64,000 bases of DNA from a virus, in IMG/VR virus record IMGVR_UViG_3300049855_000474, positions 32,001-96,000 of that record. One strand, given 5' to 3'. Numbering within the stretch: position 1 is the first letter of the stretch; each line of letters begins with the position of its first letter. The position numbers and the translations under genes are program-made. The notes below the pieces were generated by a model. That model did no database searches and was not told the DNA's origin. It saw only the letters and a program-made list of their open reading frames with translations. Of this stretch, positions 47,170 to 56,618 are shown in pieces.

Positions 47170-48306
47170 TTAGACGCGGATACCACGAACCAAACCACGC
47201 GTGTTACCCAAAACTTGCGCCTGAATTTGCTGCAAAAACCAGCCGCGAGCAGCTCTTGACTGGTTGTAAAGATCAATGGCTCGGCTGTCAAGTTCCTTGA
47301 TCTGACAGATGGTACCGAGAGTCACGGGGCTCGAAACCACGAACACCTCACCAGGCTGCAAGACCTGAAGGGTGGGGTAACGGTAACCGTCCGTGAGGAT
47401 TTCCATACCAAGTAGGCTGCCGAGGCGACCTTCAAGGATAAGCTCATGCTTGTGAACCTGGTCGTACCAAGCAGTGAACTCACTATGTGCGATGATGTCG
47501 TTCCAAAGGTCGAACGAGATAATCATCGTCGCAGCGGGGGTGCCCCAACGATTGACCGCAGTACGCATCGTGGTCAACACCGAGGGAGTGAACGAGGGGA
47601 AAAGAGTGAGGTCGTTATGGACCGTCGCGCCTTGCACCATAAGTGCGCGCGAGATATTGTCCTCCTTACGAAGAACAGCCTCAAGACCGTCCTGGAACTT
47701 CTGGTCCAAGAGATCCGTGGAAGCCTGAGCAATTTCCTTGTCTTCGATGATGATCGAAGCCGTGATGTAATACTCGGGAGGATAGATCCAATCCTGACGA
47801 ATGCGCTGCTCTTGAATCTTGGTATCCGACGTCACCTGGTAGGCAATGACGTCCTTTTTGCGAACCTTGACTCGGGCGTTCTGACCGGGCGCAACGTTCT
47901 GCATCGCAAAGATCTTACGGCTGAAACCTTCGCGACCGAGGGTCTCCCAGATCTCATCCGAATACACTTCACCAAGAACCGAGAACTTCTCACTCGAACG
48001 GTCATGGAAAGCCTGGACCAGCTGAGCCTGACGCTCCGCAGCAGCTTCCTTCGTGATACCACGACTCATAACGGTCTCAGTTGCCGACTGCTGAACAAGC
48101 TGCGCAATCACTTGCAACAGCTCCTTATTCGAGCTAGCATTCAGCTGACCATTCGCGCCGAAAGCAGGACCATCCGACATGCGGACAGAACTACCAACGC
48201 GCACACCACCACGAAGACCATCCTGCGAAACGGCAGGAACATCACTGGCACTCGCCATCACTCGAACAGGCTTATTGGCACCACCAGGTGCGTAGGGACT
48301 AGACAT
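47170..48306 (-). CDS. Major capsid protein
   Basis: 378 aa with HK97-like sequence features (REGFSRK, PPEYYI, DLLDQKF.DGLEA..RKED, GRLGSLLGMEILTD, LQPGEVFVV); strong AGGAG SD; C-ending codon bias. Confidence 0.85.
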   Translation of the reverse strand: MSSPYAPGGANKPVRVMASASDVPAVSQDGLRGGVRVGSSVRMSDGPAFGANGQLNASSNKELLQVIAQLVQQSATETVMSRGITKEAAAERQAQLVQAFHDRSSEKFSVLGEVYSDEIWETLGREGFSRKIFAMQNVAPGQNARVKVRKKDVIAYQVTSDTKIQEQRIRQDWIYPPEYYITASIIIEDKEIAQASTDLLDQKFQDGLEAVLRKEDNISRALMVQGATVHNDLTLFPSFTPSVLTTMRTAVNRWGTPAATMIISFDLWNDIIAHSEFTAWYDQVHKHELILEGRLGSLLGMEILTDGYRYPTLQVLQPGEVFVVSSPVTLGTICQIKELDSRAIDLYNQSRAARGWFLQQIQAQVLGNTRGLVRGIRV

Positions 48307-48438
48307 TACAGTTTCTCCTTACAAACTAATTTTTGTTTGTATCAATTTGAATCAGTTTTCCGTTTGTAATTCTGTTAAGTCTATCGAACTAGTTCTGGTG
48401 GATAGTTCAGCCGTAAATTAGGGTAGTTATTCTTATCG

Positions 48439-48498
48439 TGTCTAAAGTCGTCAATTTGCTGACATTTTTTAGGTCAGCAAAACTGACCAACTAAGACA
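48439..48498 (-). promoter_or_regulatory. Long stem-loop in the intergenic region upstream of the MCP gene
   Basis: TGTCT..AGTCGTCAATTTGCTGAC / GTCAGCAAAACTGACCAACT..AGACA. Confidence 0.55.
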
Positions 48499-48502
48499 AT
48501 CC

Positions 48503-48763
48503 TCACAGGAAGCGAGTGACGCGAACGCGAGGAGAACCGGTGGCAAAGTCAGTATCGGGAGCCGTGATGAGTACAGGTGACCCATTTAGCGGTGCGATAA
48601 TTGCTTTGAACCTATTAATAGATACTCTGGGCAAATCATTAGCGATTTTGACGCTAGATTCCGTAGTATTATCGGCATAGGTAATATCCACAGCAGAGTC
48701 CACTGTGTTATCCCTCTGAGCAGTGAGGGTCTCGCCAAAATACACACCAGATTTCATTGACAT
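48503..48763 (-). CDS. Small hypothetical protein
   Basis: 86-aa ORF upstream of the MCP gene. Confidence 0.5.
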   Translation of the reverse strand: MSMKSGVYFGETLTAQRDNTVDSAVDITYADNTTESSVKIANDLPRVSINRFKAIIAPLNGSPVLITAPDTDFATGSPRVRVTRFL

Positions 48764-48815
48764 ACAAAAATATAATATGTCAAATTAGTAGTTTAGCCTC
48801 CTAAGATAGGGCTTC

Positions 48816-49454
48816 ATGGTAGAAATCGTCCAAAAAGTACCAAAAATCGACAGGATGCCATGTAAAAGAGTAGATACGATGCCAGAACTCACAAAAACAC
48901 AAATCGGAACATTCAAGTCTGAGGACTCTATAGTCGCTGGGGATCTGGCGGCTGGGGCGGATTCGGGGCTGATCTTTGCAGCTAAGCCGGGAATATGGAA
49001 AATATTCCGCTTAGCGGATGAGACTCACACGCATGAATTGATAATAATTCATGAAAGTGTGAAGTCCTTTTCTGAGGAGAGGGCGTCTTGGATTGCTGAA
49101 CCTGCTGAAGTGTCTATAGTTTCTGAAAATTGTGGGTTGTTTGACTTGCAGGGATTTCAGACAAACAAAGAAGAAATAGAACTTATGTTTGATCGAAAAA
49201 TAGGTACAGCAGGGTATCTTACAACAGAGTTAGGCTGTTTGACTAAGGCTGGGTACGGAATAGGCTCGTACAATTTGCTTTTGTGCTATAATAAGGATGG
49301 CGAGGCTATCGCTGGCAAGTTGATTTTTATTGACGAAGTTTACGATAATGATTTTGAGAGTTATGAAGACGATAAGTCAATTGACGAGTGGGCTCCATCG
49401 CTTTGGGACGAAGATTTAGATTTTGGAGAAGATGATGACTACGAAGAAAACTAA
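48816..49454 (+). CDS. DUF4241-like protein
   Basis: PGIW, CGLFD and AGYGIGSY..L...DGE.IA..LIFI pattern; acidic tail. Confidence 0.5.
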   Translation: MVEIVQKVPKIDRMPCKRVDTMPELTKTQIGTFKSEDSIVAGDLAAGADSGLIFAAKPGIWKIFRLADETHTHELIIIHESVKSFSEERASWIAEPAEVSIVSENCGLFDLQGFQTNKEEIELMFDRKIGTAGYLTTELGCLTKAGYGIGSYNLLLCYNKDGEAIAGKLIFIDEVYDNDFESYEDDKSIDEWAPSLWDEDLDFGEDDDYEEN

Positions 49455-49866
49455 AGTTAGCAAGAAGAAAGCCAAGACGCCAAAGCAGGCAAAGCCTAAA
49501 GGTCGTCCTAAGAAGATTAGGGTGGTGGTTCTGGAATCAGAAGTACCACCTCTTGGTGAGGATGGGGCTGTTGATGTAGTTGACGCACCAAAGCCAGAGG
49601 ACCCCACGCCGGAAGGTGAGAAGTTGGACTTTGACGGTCAAGCTTCGAAGGTAGAAATCTACTCTTCTTATTGGGGTCCTTGGGGAACGCCGGACACGTC
49701 TAAAGAAACAATAATCCCTACTGCACTTCCGCAGGAAGTTATGTCAGAGGAGCAGATTCAGGACTTCAAGGATATTGTGAACAGCAAGCACCTGCAACTC
49801 AGGATAGAGTTACCTTGGTACAAGCGATGGTGGGTAGCTATCTGGAAGTTTTTGAAATCTAAGTGA
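49423..49866 (+). CDS. Hypothetical protein
   Basis: Basic N-terminus, amphipathic LPWYKRWW C-terminus. Confidence 0.55.
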   Translation: MEKMMTTKKTKVSKKKAKTPKQAKPKGRPKKIRVVVLESEVPPLGEDGAVDVVDAPKPEDPTPEGEKLDFDGQASKVEIYSSYWGPWGTPDTSKETIIPTALPQEVMSEEQIQDFKDIVNSKHLQLRIELPWYKRWWVAIWKFLKSK

Positions 49867-49872
49867 AGCAGC

Positions 49873-49900
49873 AGAAAGGGAGCCAATTGGCTCCCTTTCT
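49873..49900. terminator. Bidirectional terminator
   Basis: Perfect 28-nt palindrome AGAAAGGGAGCCAATTGGCTCCCTTTCT between convergent genes. Confidence 0.8.
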
Positions 49901-50457
49901 CATTTCTGCCTCTTACCTAGCGAACTTGTCGGACCCATCTGACCTTGGTAGTGGGAACCCAGAGCTTTATTTCCGTAGGGTACAGCGACAGGAGTTGACA
50001 TCCTAGTGAAGTTCATTTGGGCAATTTCCATGCCTTCGTATAGCTTAATTGGCCAGGGACCTAGATTGACAATCTCTAGAGTGACTTGACCAGTGAAACC
50101 TGGGTGGATCCAACCGGCTGCTACGTGGGGTAGGAGGAACAGACGGGCGAGGCTGGATTTGCCTTCAACTCGAATAGCGATGTCCTTAGGGCAAGTAATA
50201 ACTTGCTGGGTTGATCCTAATACACAGTGTCCTGGGTCTAGTCTCCAGACAGGAGAGTCGACTTCCTTCATGTAGTCTCTAGGATTATGAATCCTGAGAT
50301 CCAAGCCATCAGCCTCCACAAGCTGATTAGAATGAAAGGGAACAAGGAACCCTCGGGCTAAAGAGAGGTCATAGCTAGCAGGCTGGACCCTGTCGGCATC
50401 GTAAGGATGGACGATAGAAGGACAAATTTCTCTAATATGGACATCACTTAATAGCAT
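49900..50457 (-). CDS. dcd: dCTP deaminase
   Basis: VQPASYDL, EGKSSLARL, AGWIHPGFTGQVTLEI, IAQM and YQGQMGP motifs. Confidence 0.93.
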   Translation of the reverse strand: MLLSDVHIREICPSIVHPYDADRVQPASYDLSLARGFLVPFHSNQLVEADGLDLRIHNPRDYMKEVDSPVWRLDPGHCVLGSTQQVITCPKDIAIRVEGKSSLARLFLLPHVAAGWIHPGFTGQVTLEIVNLGPWPIKLYEGMEIAQMNFTRMSTPVAVPYGNKALGSHYQGQMGPTSSLGKRQK

Positions 50458-50466
50458 AAATCTCTT

Positions 50467-50745
50467 TCAGCTAATACAGAAGTTGGGGCTGTTTTTAATG
50501 GTTTCATATACAGTTGCGAAATCTTTTTGCTCGTGAAGATACTCACAAAGTGCCAAATCTAGAGCAGCTAAGGCTCTGGCTTCCTCGGGGCAATTTTGCT
50601 TGAAAGCAAGCCACTCTTCGGAAGTATCTAAGTTGAAACGTAAGAGATAGTAGCTATTTAAGCAGTTCTCTAGGTACTGTACGGTTATAATTCCAATAGA
50701 GTAATTCTTAGCTAGCAAATCGATTTGATCTACGGTTAGTCTCAT
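50467..50745 (-). CDS. Hypothetical protein
   Basis: ATGA-coupled ORF. Confidence 0.5.
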   Translation of the reverse strand: MRLTVDQIDLLAKNYSIGIITVQYLENCLNSYYLLRFNLDTSEEWLAFKQNCPEEARALAALDLALCEYLHEQKDFATVYETIKNSPNFCIS

Positions 50746-52082
50746 AATTTCTTCTTCATCGGGGCAGCTGGAATTGTTGAACGTTGCGCATCATAATTAT
50801 AGGAAGGTGGGAGAACTGCTGGGATGGTCAGTTTATCATCAGTGCGCTTACGTTCAATAGCAGTCTGCGATATTTCCAGAGATAAGTCCAGTTTAAACAT
50901 ACCAGAGGTAGAATCAACAGTGACATCCCAATTTGTTATCTTCAGGTCTTTAGAAATCTGATGGATACTAGCAGGGTCGACTGTTTTAGATTCCACAGGA
51001 GGATCCGTGGGAATCCAAGAAGATATTTCTACATCAGGGTTATCGAGATCCACAGTTTGTCCTTGCAGTGGGCGATCTGACCAAAACTGCACAGAGCGAT
51101 GAACCTGATCAGAACTAGATCGATCTACTTCTGAGGCGGTCAGAAAGTAGAGAGGAAGGCAATTGGGAGATGAGAGATTGACACCAAACTGGTCACTATA
51201 ATCCCGAGCGACATTCGCCGCCTCGACACACTCCCCAGATACACCTTTATGTGCCCATAGAAAGGAAGGAAAGGGATCGGATCCGGAACTGGTTCCGGCT
51301 GTAAAACCTGGACTGCCTACAGAACTATGTTGAACTAATACCTCGTTACGAATGCCCCAGTTGGCTATGTCGTTACGAAGGAGTGTACTCGCCATGCTTC
51401 CTCGCGAGGCAAGCCCTAGGTCAAGGCGATCCACAAACAAGGTTTCGGAAGAAATATTTCGATTGCAATCCGAGAATTCTCCACGTTCACGAGCTAAGTG
51501 GATGGATGTTCTATAAGCCCAATGCGAAATACTGAAGAACAGTTCATCAAGGAAAAGCCGGCATAGGTCGTTATTTCCATAAGGGATACCAAGGCGAATC
51601 AGCAATTCAGCCAAGCCAAAAGAACCTAGACTGAGGTGACGTCGAGGATGAGTGCATACGGAATCTAGAAAATGAACAGCTGTTTCTATTACATGCTGCA
51701 GTTCCAGCCACTTCACTTTCTGGCAAACCTCAACAACCTGATGTTCTACCACAGAGGAACTACAGGTAAAAAACGTCTCAGGTCCGAACTTAGAGAGGTT
51801 CAAATAGCCACAGGATTCTTTGGTATCTAGGATATCCTTGGCAGGAAAAAACAAACCACTATCAAGGATTTCCCTATAGAGTGCCTCTTCCGAGGCAAGA
51901 GCCGGCATATCCCAAGTGCACAAACCCCTTGAAAGAGCAGGGTTTACCGCCCAGTCAGAGGAGAAACCCTGGGCTTCAGACCTAGAAGACACTAAAAGTG
52001 ACATAAGTCTGGAGAGATCTTTGTAGCCTAATAAATCAGTCATAATACTTTCTAAGTTATCAGGAGCACTTAGACGACCCAC
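50742..52082 (-). CDS. Degenerate ribonucleotide-reductase barrel paralog (no NPCxE)
   Basis: RRHLSLGSFGLAELLIRLGIPYG, AYRTSIHLARERGEF, GIRN and GTSSGSDPF mirror the NrdJ C-terminal barrel; the catalytic finger loop is absent. Confidence 0.7.
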   Translation of the reverse strand: MGRLSAPDNLESIMTDLLGYKDLSRLMSLLVSSRSEAQGFSSDWAVNPALSRGLCTWDMPALASEEALYREILDSGLFFPAKDILDTKESCGYLNLSKFGPETFFTCSSSVVEHQVVEVCQKVKWLELQHVIETAVHFLDSVCTHPRRHLSLGSFGLAELLIRLGIPYGNNDLCRLFLDELFFSISHWAYRTSIHLARERGEFSDCNRNISSETLFVDRLDLGLASRGSMASTLLRNDIANWGIRNEVLVQHSSVGSPGFTAGTSSGSDPFPSFLWAHKGVSGECVEAANVARDYSDQFGVNLSSPNCLPLYFLTASEVDRSSSDQVHRSVQFWSDRPLQGQTVDLDNPDVEISSWIPTDPPVESKTVDPASIHQISKDLKITNWDVTVDSTSGMFKLDLSLEISQTAIERKRTDDKLTIPAVLPPSYNYDAQRSTIPAAPMKKKL

Positions 52083-55000
52083 AGGTCATACAAGTGACAC
52101 AACCCTGCTGATACGACAGCTCGGTGGACTTGCACTCTTTACAGTGCTTTTCTGAAGTAGTTTTAGTTCCATCTGGAATGTAATGCTTGCTGAGCACTCT
52201 GGCGATGACAGTGCTAAAGGACCACATATCGCTGTGTTTGTCTTTACGCAGCTGCTCCACTAGGAACTTTACGGGAACACCATGCCTAAGAGCAAGAGAA
52301 ATCGTACGTGTGAAGGCGCCGTAGATTGGATTATCGAATACCGTGACAATGTCCTTAATGACAAGCTGGTCATCGTCCCCGATGGGGATTTCTAGGTTAT
52401 ACAGAGAAATACCATCTGCATTCTTGCCGTTCTTAACTAGGCGACCTTCTTTGACACGCTTCGGAATCTCTACATTCAAGGAGAGACCGCAGAACAATTC
52501 GTAAGGACGATCATCGAGCCTACCTACTACTACAAGGTAGGACTCGCCCTTAACGTTAGCACGATGTATATCACAAGGAAGAACCTTGGGTCGCTTGGGA
52601 GCATGAGTGTCTACAATAATAATTTCTTTGGCGGCTTCCTCGCTAAACATCACACCATCACGACTACCTTCTCGGTAGATCGTTACGCCCTTACAACCAC
52701 TTTCCCAGCCTCGCATGTAGATCTGCTTGACGGTATCAACGGTGGTTTCCTTTGGAATATTTGTAGTATTCGAAATAGAATGGCAAATCCACTTCTGAGC
52801 TGCCGCCTGGATATCAATCTTTTTGACCCAGTCAATGTCCTCAGAGGTAGCTTTCCAGTAGGGGGATTCCTCAATATTCACATTGCCAGTAACTTCCATC
52901 CACGTCTTTACGCCATGATGGAACACTGTGTAATGCTGCCACTTGTCCCCAAGCTCATCAACGAAATCAATCTTAGCGTCCTGATCGTTAGGATTGTGTT
53001 TCTTCCTTCTAGTATAGGCGAGCTTGAAAACAGGCTCACAACCCGAAGTAGACTGTGTCAAAATAGAAACACTACCCGCAGGGGCTGTTGTAGTTAGCCC
53101 GATGTTGCGTCGTCCATAGAGAAGGTAACGACCTTCAAGTGCCTGGTCTTCAGCCATAATTTGGCGAAGAAAGGGATGATTACGTTCAATTTTGAGATCA
53201 AAGGCAGGAAAAGCACCTCGCTCTTCCGCCATCTGAACCGAGGAACGATAAGCTCCCATAGCAAGAGCCCGGTAGATATCATGGGTAGCTGTTACGGATT
53301 CATCAGAACCATAACGAATACCCAAAGCAGCTAAAGCATCCCCCAGTGCTGTAATACCCAGACCTGTTCTGCGTCCTCGAACAGCAGAGTTTCTGATTTT
53401 ATTCCATAGAGTAACTTCAAGACTCTTGACATCCTCAGGCTCTGGGTCCTGCTCGACTTTAGCAAGAATGCGATCAATGCACTCAAGCTCTAGGTCAATC
53501 ATGTTATCCATAAGACGTTGTGCCTTCTGCACGACACAATCAAACCTAGAGTAATTAAAACGAGCTTTAGACGTAAACGGGTCATCCACAAACCGATACA
53601 AATTGACCAACATTAGCCGGCAGCTGTCATTGGAATTTAATGTGATCTCGCCGCATTGGCGTGACACTGTAAAAAGTGCGGCAGGAGTGGAAAACCCGTC
53701 CAAACTTTCCTCACCAAGAGCCATACAAAGGTTGTGAAAGTTATCTACTGTTCCATTGTAAACATCTTCAGTACCTACATATTCCACACTAACCACCCGA
53801 TGATTGTAGGTGGCAGCAGTAGATTTAACGTCAGCCCAATCACGAAAACCAAATTTAGTTCCAGTACGATATGAAAAACCAAGAGAGTGACAACGAGATT
53901 CCAATTCCTTTTGATAAGGATCTCGACCTAACTCCAAACGAAGTTGAGTAAAAGTATCAAGAATAGCGGTCTTGGATTTTTCAGCTTTAGCTTGATAAGT
54001 GGTGTGTAAAGAAGCCGTTCGATTGACATTAGCAGAAGTTTTACTATTAGCATAGTAATTAGAACAGCTAATAGAGCAAAAGCAGCCTTCACGTTTAGAG
54101 TAGGACGAAACAAAGGAAGAACCACAGTGCTCGCAACAACGCTCAACAGTTACTTCATTATCAATAATGTCTGCAGTATACCCTTGTTCTAGAGCCTTCG
54201 TCAAGGTACGGTGCAGACGTGGGTCTAAGGAAGGATAAGTAATACCACACTCAGTAGCTGCCCAAATTGATAGATCATAGAAAGAGCCGAGAGTAGAACT
54301 TCTCCAACAAGAAAAACTTTGGGGAAGATTATTTTCTTTTGCATACTTGTACCAAATCTTAATGGACGCACGACAACCCAGGCTTCTAGTCAAAAGAATA
54401 ACGTGCTGTCTTATGTCTTCATCAGATACTGTCGCGTAAGCATTCCCGTTATCACTACCGCTAGTAGCCAAGGACATTGTCTTTGAATACTGCGCAAATC
54501 TCTCAGGGTCAGCTTTGATCTTGAAGATAGGATTTAGATCTCCTTTGATACATTCCGCATGAAGCTGATCATAGTCTCTTTTTTGCATAAGATGCAAGTT
54601 TTCTACAGAATTATTGCTAGCGTGGAAATCTGCATGATGTATCACATGACCAGGAGGAACTTTACAATTGTGATGATGCTCCCAAATTAAACGATGCTCT
54701 GTTCGCCACCTAGAAGAGTTACAATCCTTAACCCACCAATAATTTTGAGATTGTGTAGCTTTATAATAAGGCAACGCTTCATGAAAACGAGCGGAAACCC
54801 TATGAGCTATCCATAACGAGTCCCCATTTTTAAGCTCGTCCACTCTCTTTTCTGAGCCGTCACGCAAAATCATTTTATGATTAGGTGTAGCCTTGAACGA
54901 ATGTCCCCCTTCAAGTGTCACCTTGTAAACAGGCTGATTATGTCCTGTTAGTCGTGGGTGTCGCATCTTACGAACAGCAATTTTCCCTGTGGCTGTATCC

Positions 55001-56013
55001 ATACAGTACACAGGAACATCAACCTCCGCCGCTGCAAGGTCCTTAATAGGAACGTAACCACGACCGTCAGCCACAGCAATTTTAGTATCTCCAGTTAAAC
55101 AGGGGTTAGTAGACGTAGATCGGAACTCCGGATACACATCAGCAGGTCCTCTACCAAGGATAGTATCCCAGAAAAGCAAACCAGGTTCTGCACAAACGTG
55201 AGCGGCTTCAATTATTTCAGTCCACAATTCCCGTGCATCAACGTCATTAGAAATCTGGTGAGTAGCTTCCTTCTCTACAGGAAAGCGGAGTTGGACAGTG
55301 TCTCCATGCTTCACTGCATTCATAAATTCGTCGGTCAAACGAATTGAAATATTAGCTCCAGTGACCTTCTTCTTATCACGCTTGATATTGATGAAGGTAC
55401 GAATTTCTGGATGATGCACCGACACGGAAAGCATCAAAGCACCACGGCGCCCACCTTGAGCTACTTCCCGGCAGGTATTACTAAAACGCTCCATAAACAC
55501 ACCGATACCATCTGTGGTACTAGCGGCATTGGCTGTAAGGAGTCCTCGGGGACGAATAGTCGAAATATCAAAACCTACACCGCCACGCCGCTTCATCAGC
55601 TGGGCTTGTTCTTGGTCGGTCTTCATGATTCCACCATAGGAATCATAAGGTGACTCAATTACAAAGCAGTTCGACAATGACTGAAATTGGTGAATGTTTC
55701 CAACGGCAGACATAGGGCTGCCCTGAGGAATCACATCACCCATCCCACGCTGACCTGTGACAGGGTCAAAAGAGGAGAAGAGATCAAAGATCTCTTCGTA
55801 GGACATGGGGTTAGGGTACTTAGATTCTACACGATAGAACTCTCTAGCGAGACGTTCGTGCATAGCAGTAGGGGTAAGCTCTGTATAAGCACCAGAGGGT
55901 AACTTCAGTGCATACTTACCAGCGAATACTTCAGCCGCTAACTGGTCATTATCGAAATAGGCAAGAGACGCATTACGAACGTCGTCGTAGGTCAAGTTCT
56001 CACTCTTTGTCAT
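52060..56013 (-). CDS. nrdJ: Class II (AdoCbl-dependent) ribonucleotide reductase with intein
   Basis: SLSNCFV, RRGGVG, VAQGGRRGALM, EPGLLFWD, TNP|intein|CGEI, TTAPAGS, CKGVTIYREGSR, C-terminal Zn ribbon. Confidence 0.95.
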   Translation of the reverse strand: MTKSENLTYDDVRNASLAYFDNDQLAAEVFAGKYALKLPSGAYTELTPTAMHERLAREFYRVESKYPNPMSYEEIFDLFSSFDPVTGQRGMGDVIPQGSPMSAVGNIHQFQSLSNCFVIESPYDSYGGIMKTDQEQAQLMKRRGGVGFDISTIRPRGLLTANAASTTDGIGVFMERFSNTCREVAQGGRRGALMLSVSVHHPEIRTFINIKRDKKKVTGANISIRLTDEFMNAVKHGDTVQLRFPVEKEATHQISNDVDARELWTEIIEAAHVCAEPGLLFWDTILGRGPADVYPEFRSTSTNPCLTGDTKIAVADGRGYVPIKDLAAAEVDVPVYCMDTATGKIAVRKMRHPRLTGHNQPVYKVTLEGGHSFKATPNHKMILRDGSEKRVDELKNGDSLWIAHRVSARFHEALPYYKATQSQNYWWVKDCNSSRWRTEHRLIWEHHHNCKVPPGHVIHHADFHASNNSVENLHLMQKRDYDQLHAECIKGDLNPIFKIKADPERFAQYSKTMSLATSGSDNGNAYATVSDEDIRQHVILLTRSLGCRASIKIWYKYAKENNLPQSFSCWRSSTLGSFYDLSIWAATECGITYPSLDPRLHRTLTKALEQGYTADIIDNEVTVERCCEHCGSSFVSSYSKREGCFCSISCSNYYANSKTSANVNRTASLHTTYQAKAEKSKTAILDTFTQLRLELGRDPYQKELESRCHSLGFSYRTGTKFGFRDWADVKSTAATYNHRVVSVEYVGTEDVYNGTVDNFHNLCMALGEESLDGFSTPAALFTVSRQCGEITLNSNDSCRLMLVNLYRFVDDPFTSKARFNYSRFDCVVQKAQRLMDNMIDLELECIDRILAKVEQDPEPEDVKSLEVTLWNKIRNSAVRGRRTGLGITALGDALAALGIRYGSDESVTATHDIYRALAMGAYRSSVQMAEERGAFPAFDLKIERNHPFLRQIMAEDQALEGRYLLYGRRNIGLTTTAPAGSVSILTQSTSGCEPVFKLAYTRRKKHNPNDQDAKIDFVDELGDKWQHYTVFHHGVKTWMEVTGNVNIEESPYWKATSEDIDWVKKIDIQAAAQKWICHSISNTTNIPKETTVDTVKQIYMRGWESGCKGVTIYREGSRDGVMFSEEAAKEIIIVDTHAPKRPKVLPCDIHRANVKGESYLVVVGRLDDRPYELFCGLSLNVEIPKRVKEGRLVKNGKNADGISLYNLEIPIGDDDQLVIKDIVTVFDNPIYGAFTRTISLALRHGVPVKFLVEQLRKDKHSDMWSFSTVIARVLSKHYIPDGTKTTSEKHCKECKSTELSYQQGCVTCMTCGSSKCS
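53656..55101 (-). mobile_element. Intein (482 aa) with HNH endonuclease and C-terminal Gln
   Basis: Begins CLTGDTKIAVADG, block B ATPNHKM, block F VYNGTVDNFHN, ends SRQ|C; internal HRLIWE...VIHHAD...NN.VENL. Confidence 0.92.
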
Positions 56014-56294
56014 TACACGAAAACTCCAAGGTCAATTTACGATTGAAAACGTTTAGATAACTCCACCATACGCGGTGTACCGGTTAGGCAGGCACAAGTA
56101 AAGATCACATTCTGTACTGCAGTCATTGTGAAGCGTTTGCCTTTACAAACAGGACACACAACTGGTAATTTTTCGCCTTTAGTATTACTATTGAGAGCCA
56201 ATTTACAGTTTCTTCCCAGAAGTAAATTCCGCAAATATGGTGTGTAAAAGCACATAATGATTTAGCATTTACAATCCTACGGTAAGGAGTACCG

Positions 56295-56618
56295 TTACAA
56301 CCATTTTCGTAATGATTTCGTCAGCAGTTCAAGATAATACAGAGTGAGTTGGTAGGTGGAATCTACAGATTCTTCAGTATCCATAGTTGTTACAGCTGAA
56401 AATAATTCGTCTTGTGCTTTTTTATACAAAACTTCGTCTATTTTGTACAAGTGAAGAAGCTTAAAATAGCTTCCTACTACAAAAGTTATTACATGAACCT
56501 TATCACTATAAGTCATGTCCTCTGACAACATAAAAACCTTAAATTTCCTAATTACTAAAGTTAGATGGGTTGCCAGTTCAACGGTTGCCGCCTTATTGAT
56601 AGAAGCCACTGTTCTCAT
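56295..56618 (-). CDS. Hypothetical protein
   Basis: ATGA-coupled to the Cas4-like gene. Confidence 0.55.
   Translation of the reverse strand: MRTVASINKAATVELATHLTLVIRKFKVFMLSEDMTYSDKVHVITFVVGSYFKLLHLYKIDEVLYKKAQDELFSAVTTMDTEESVDSTYQLTLYYLELLTKSLRKWL

Noticed and set aside
47446-48369. 307-aa + strand ORF and similar long antisense ORFs (27944..28615, 29285..29842, 9444..9968, 13287..13904)
   Set aside because: They lie opposite well-supported, codon-biased or low-complexity genes and have no recognisable motifs, so they are treated as shadow frames
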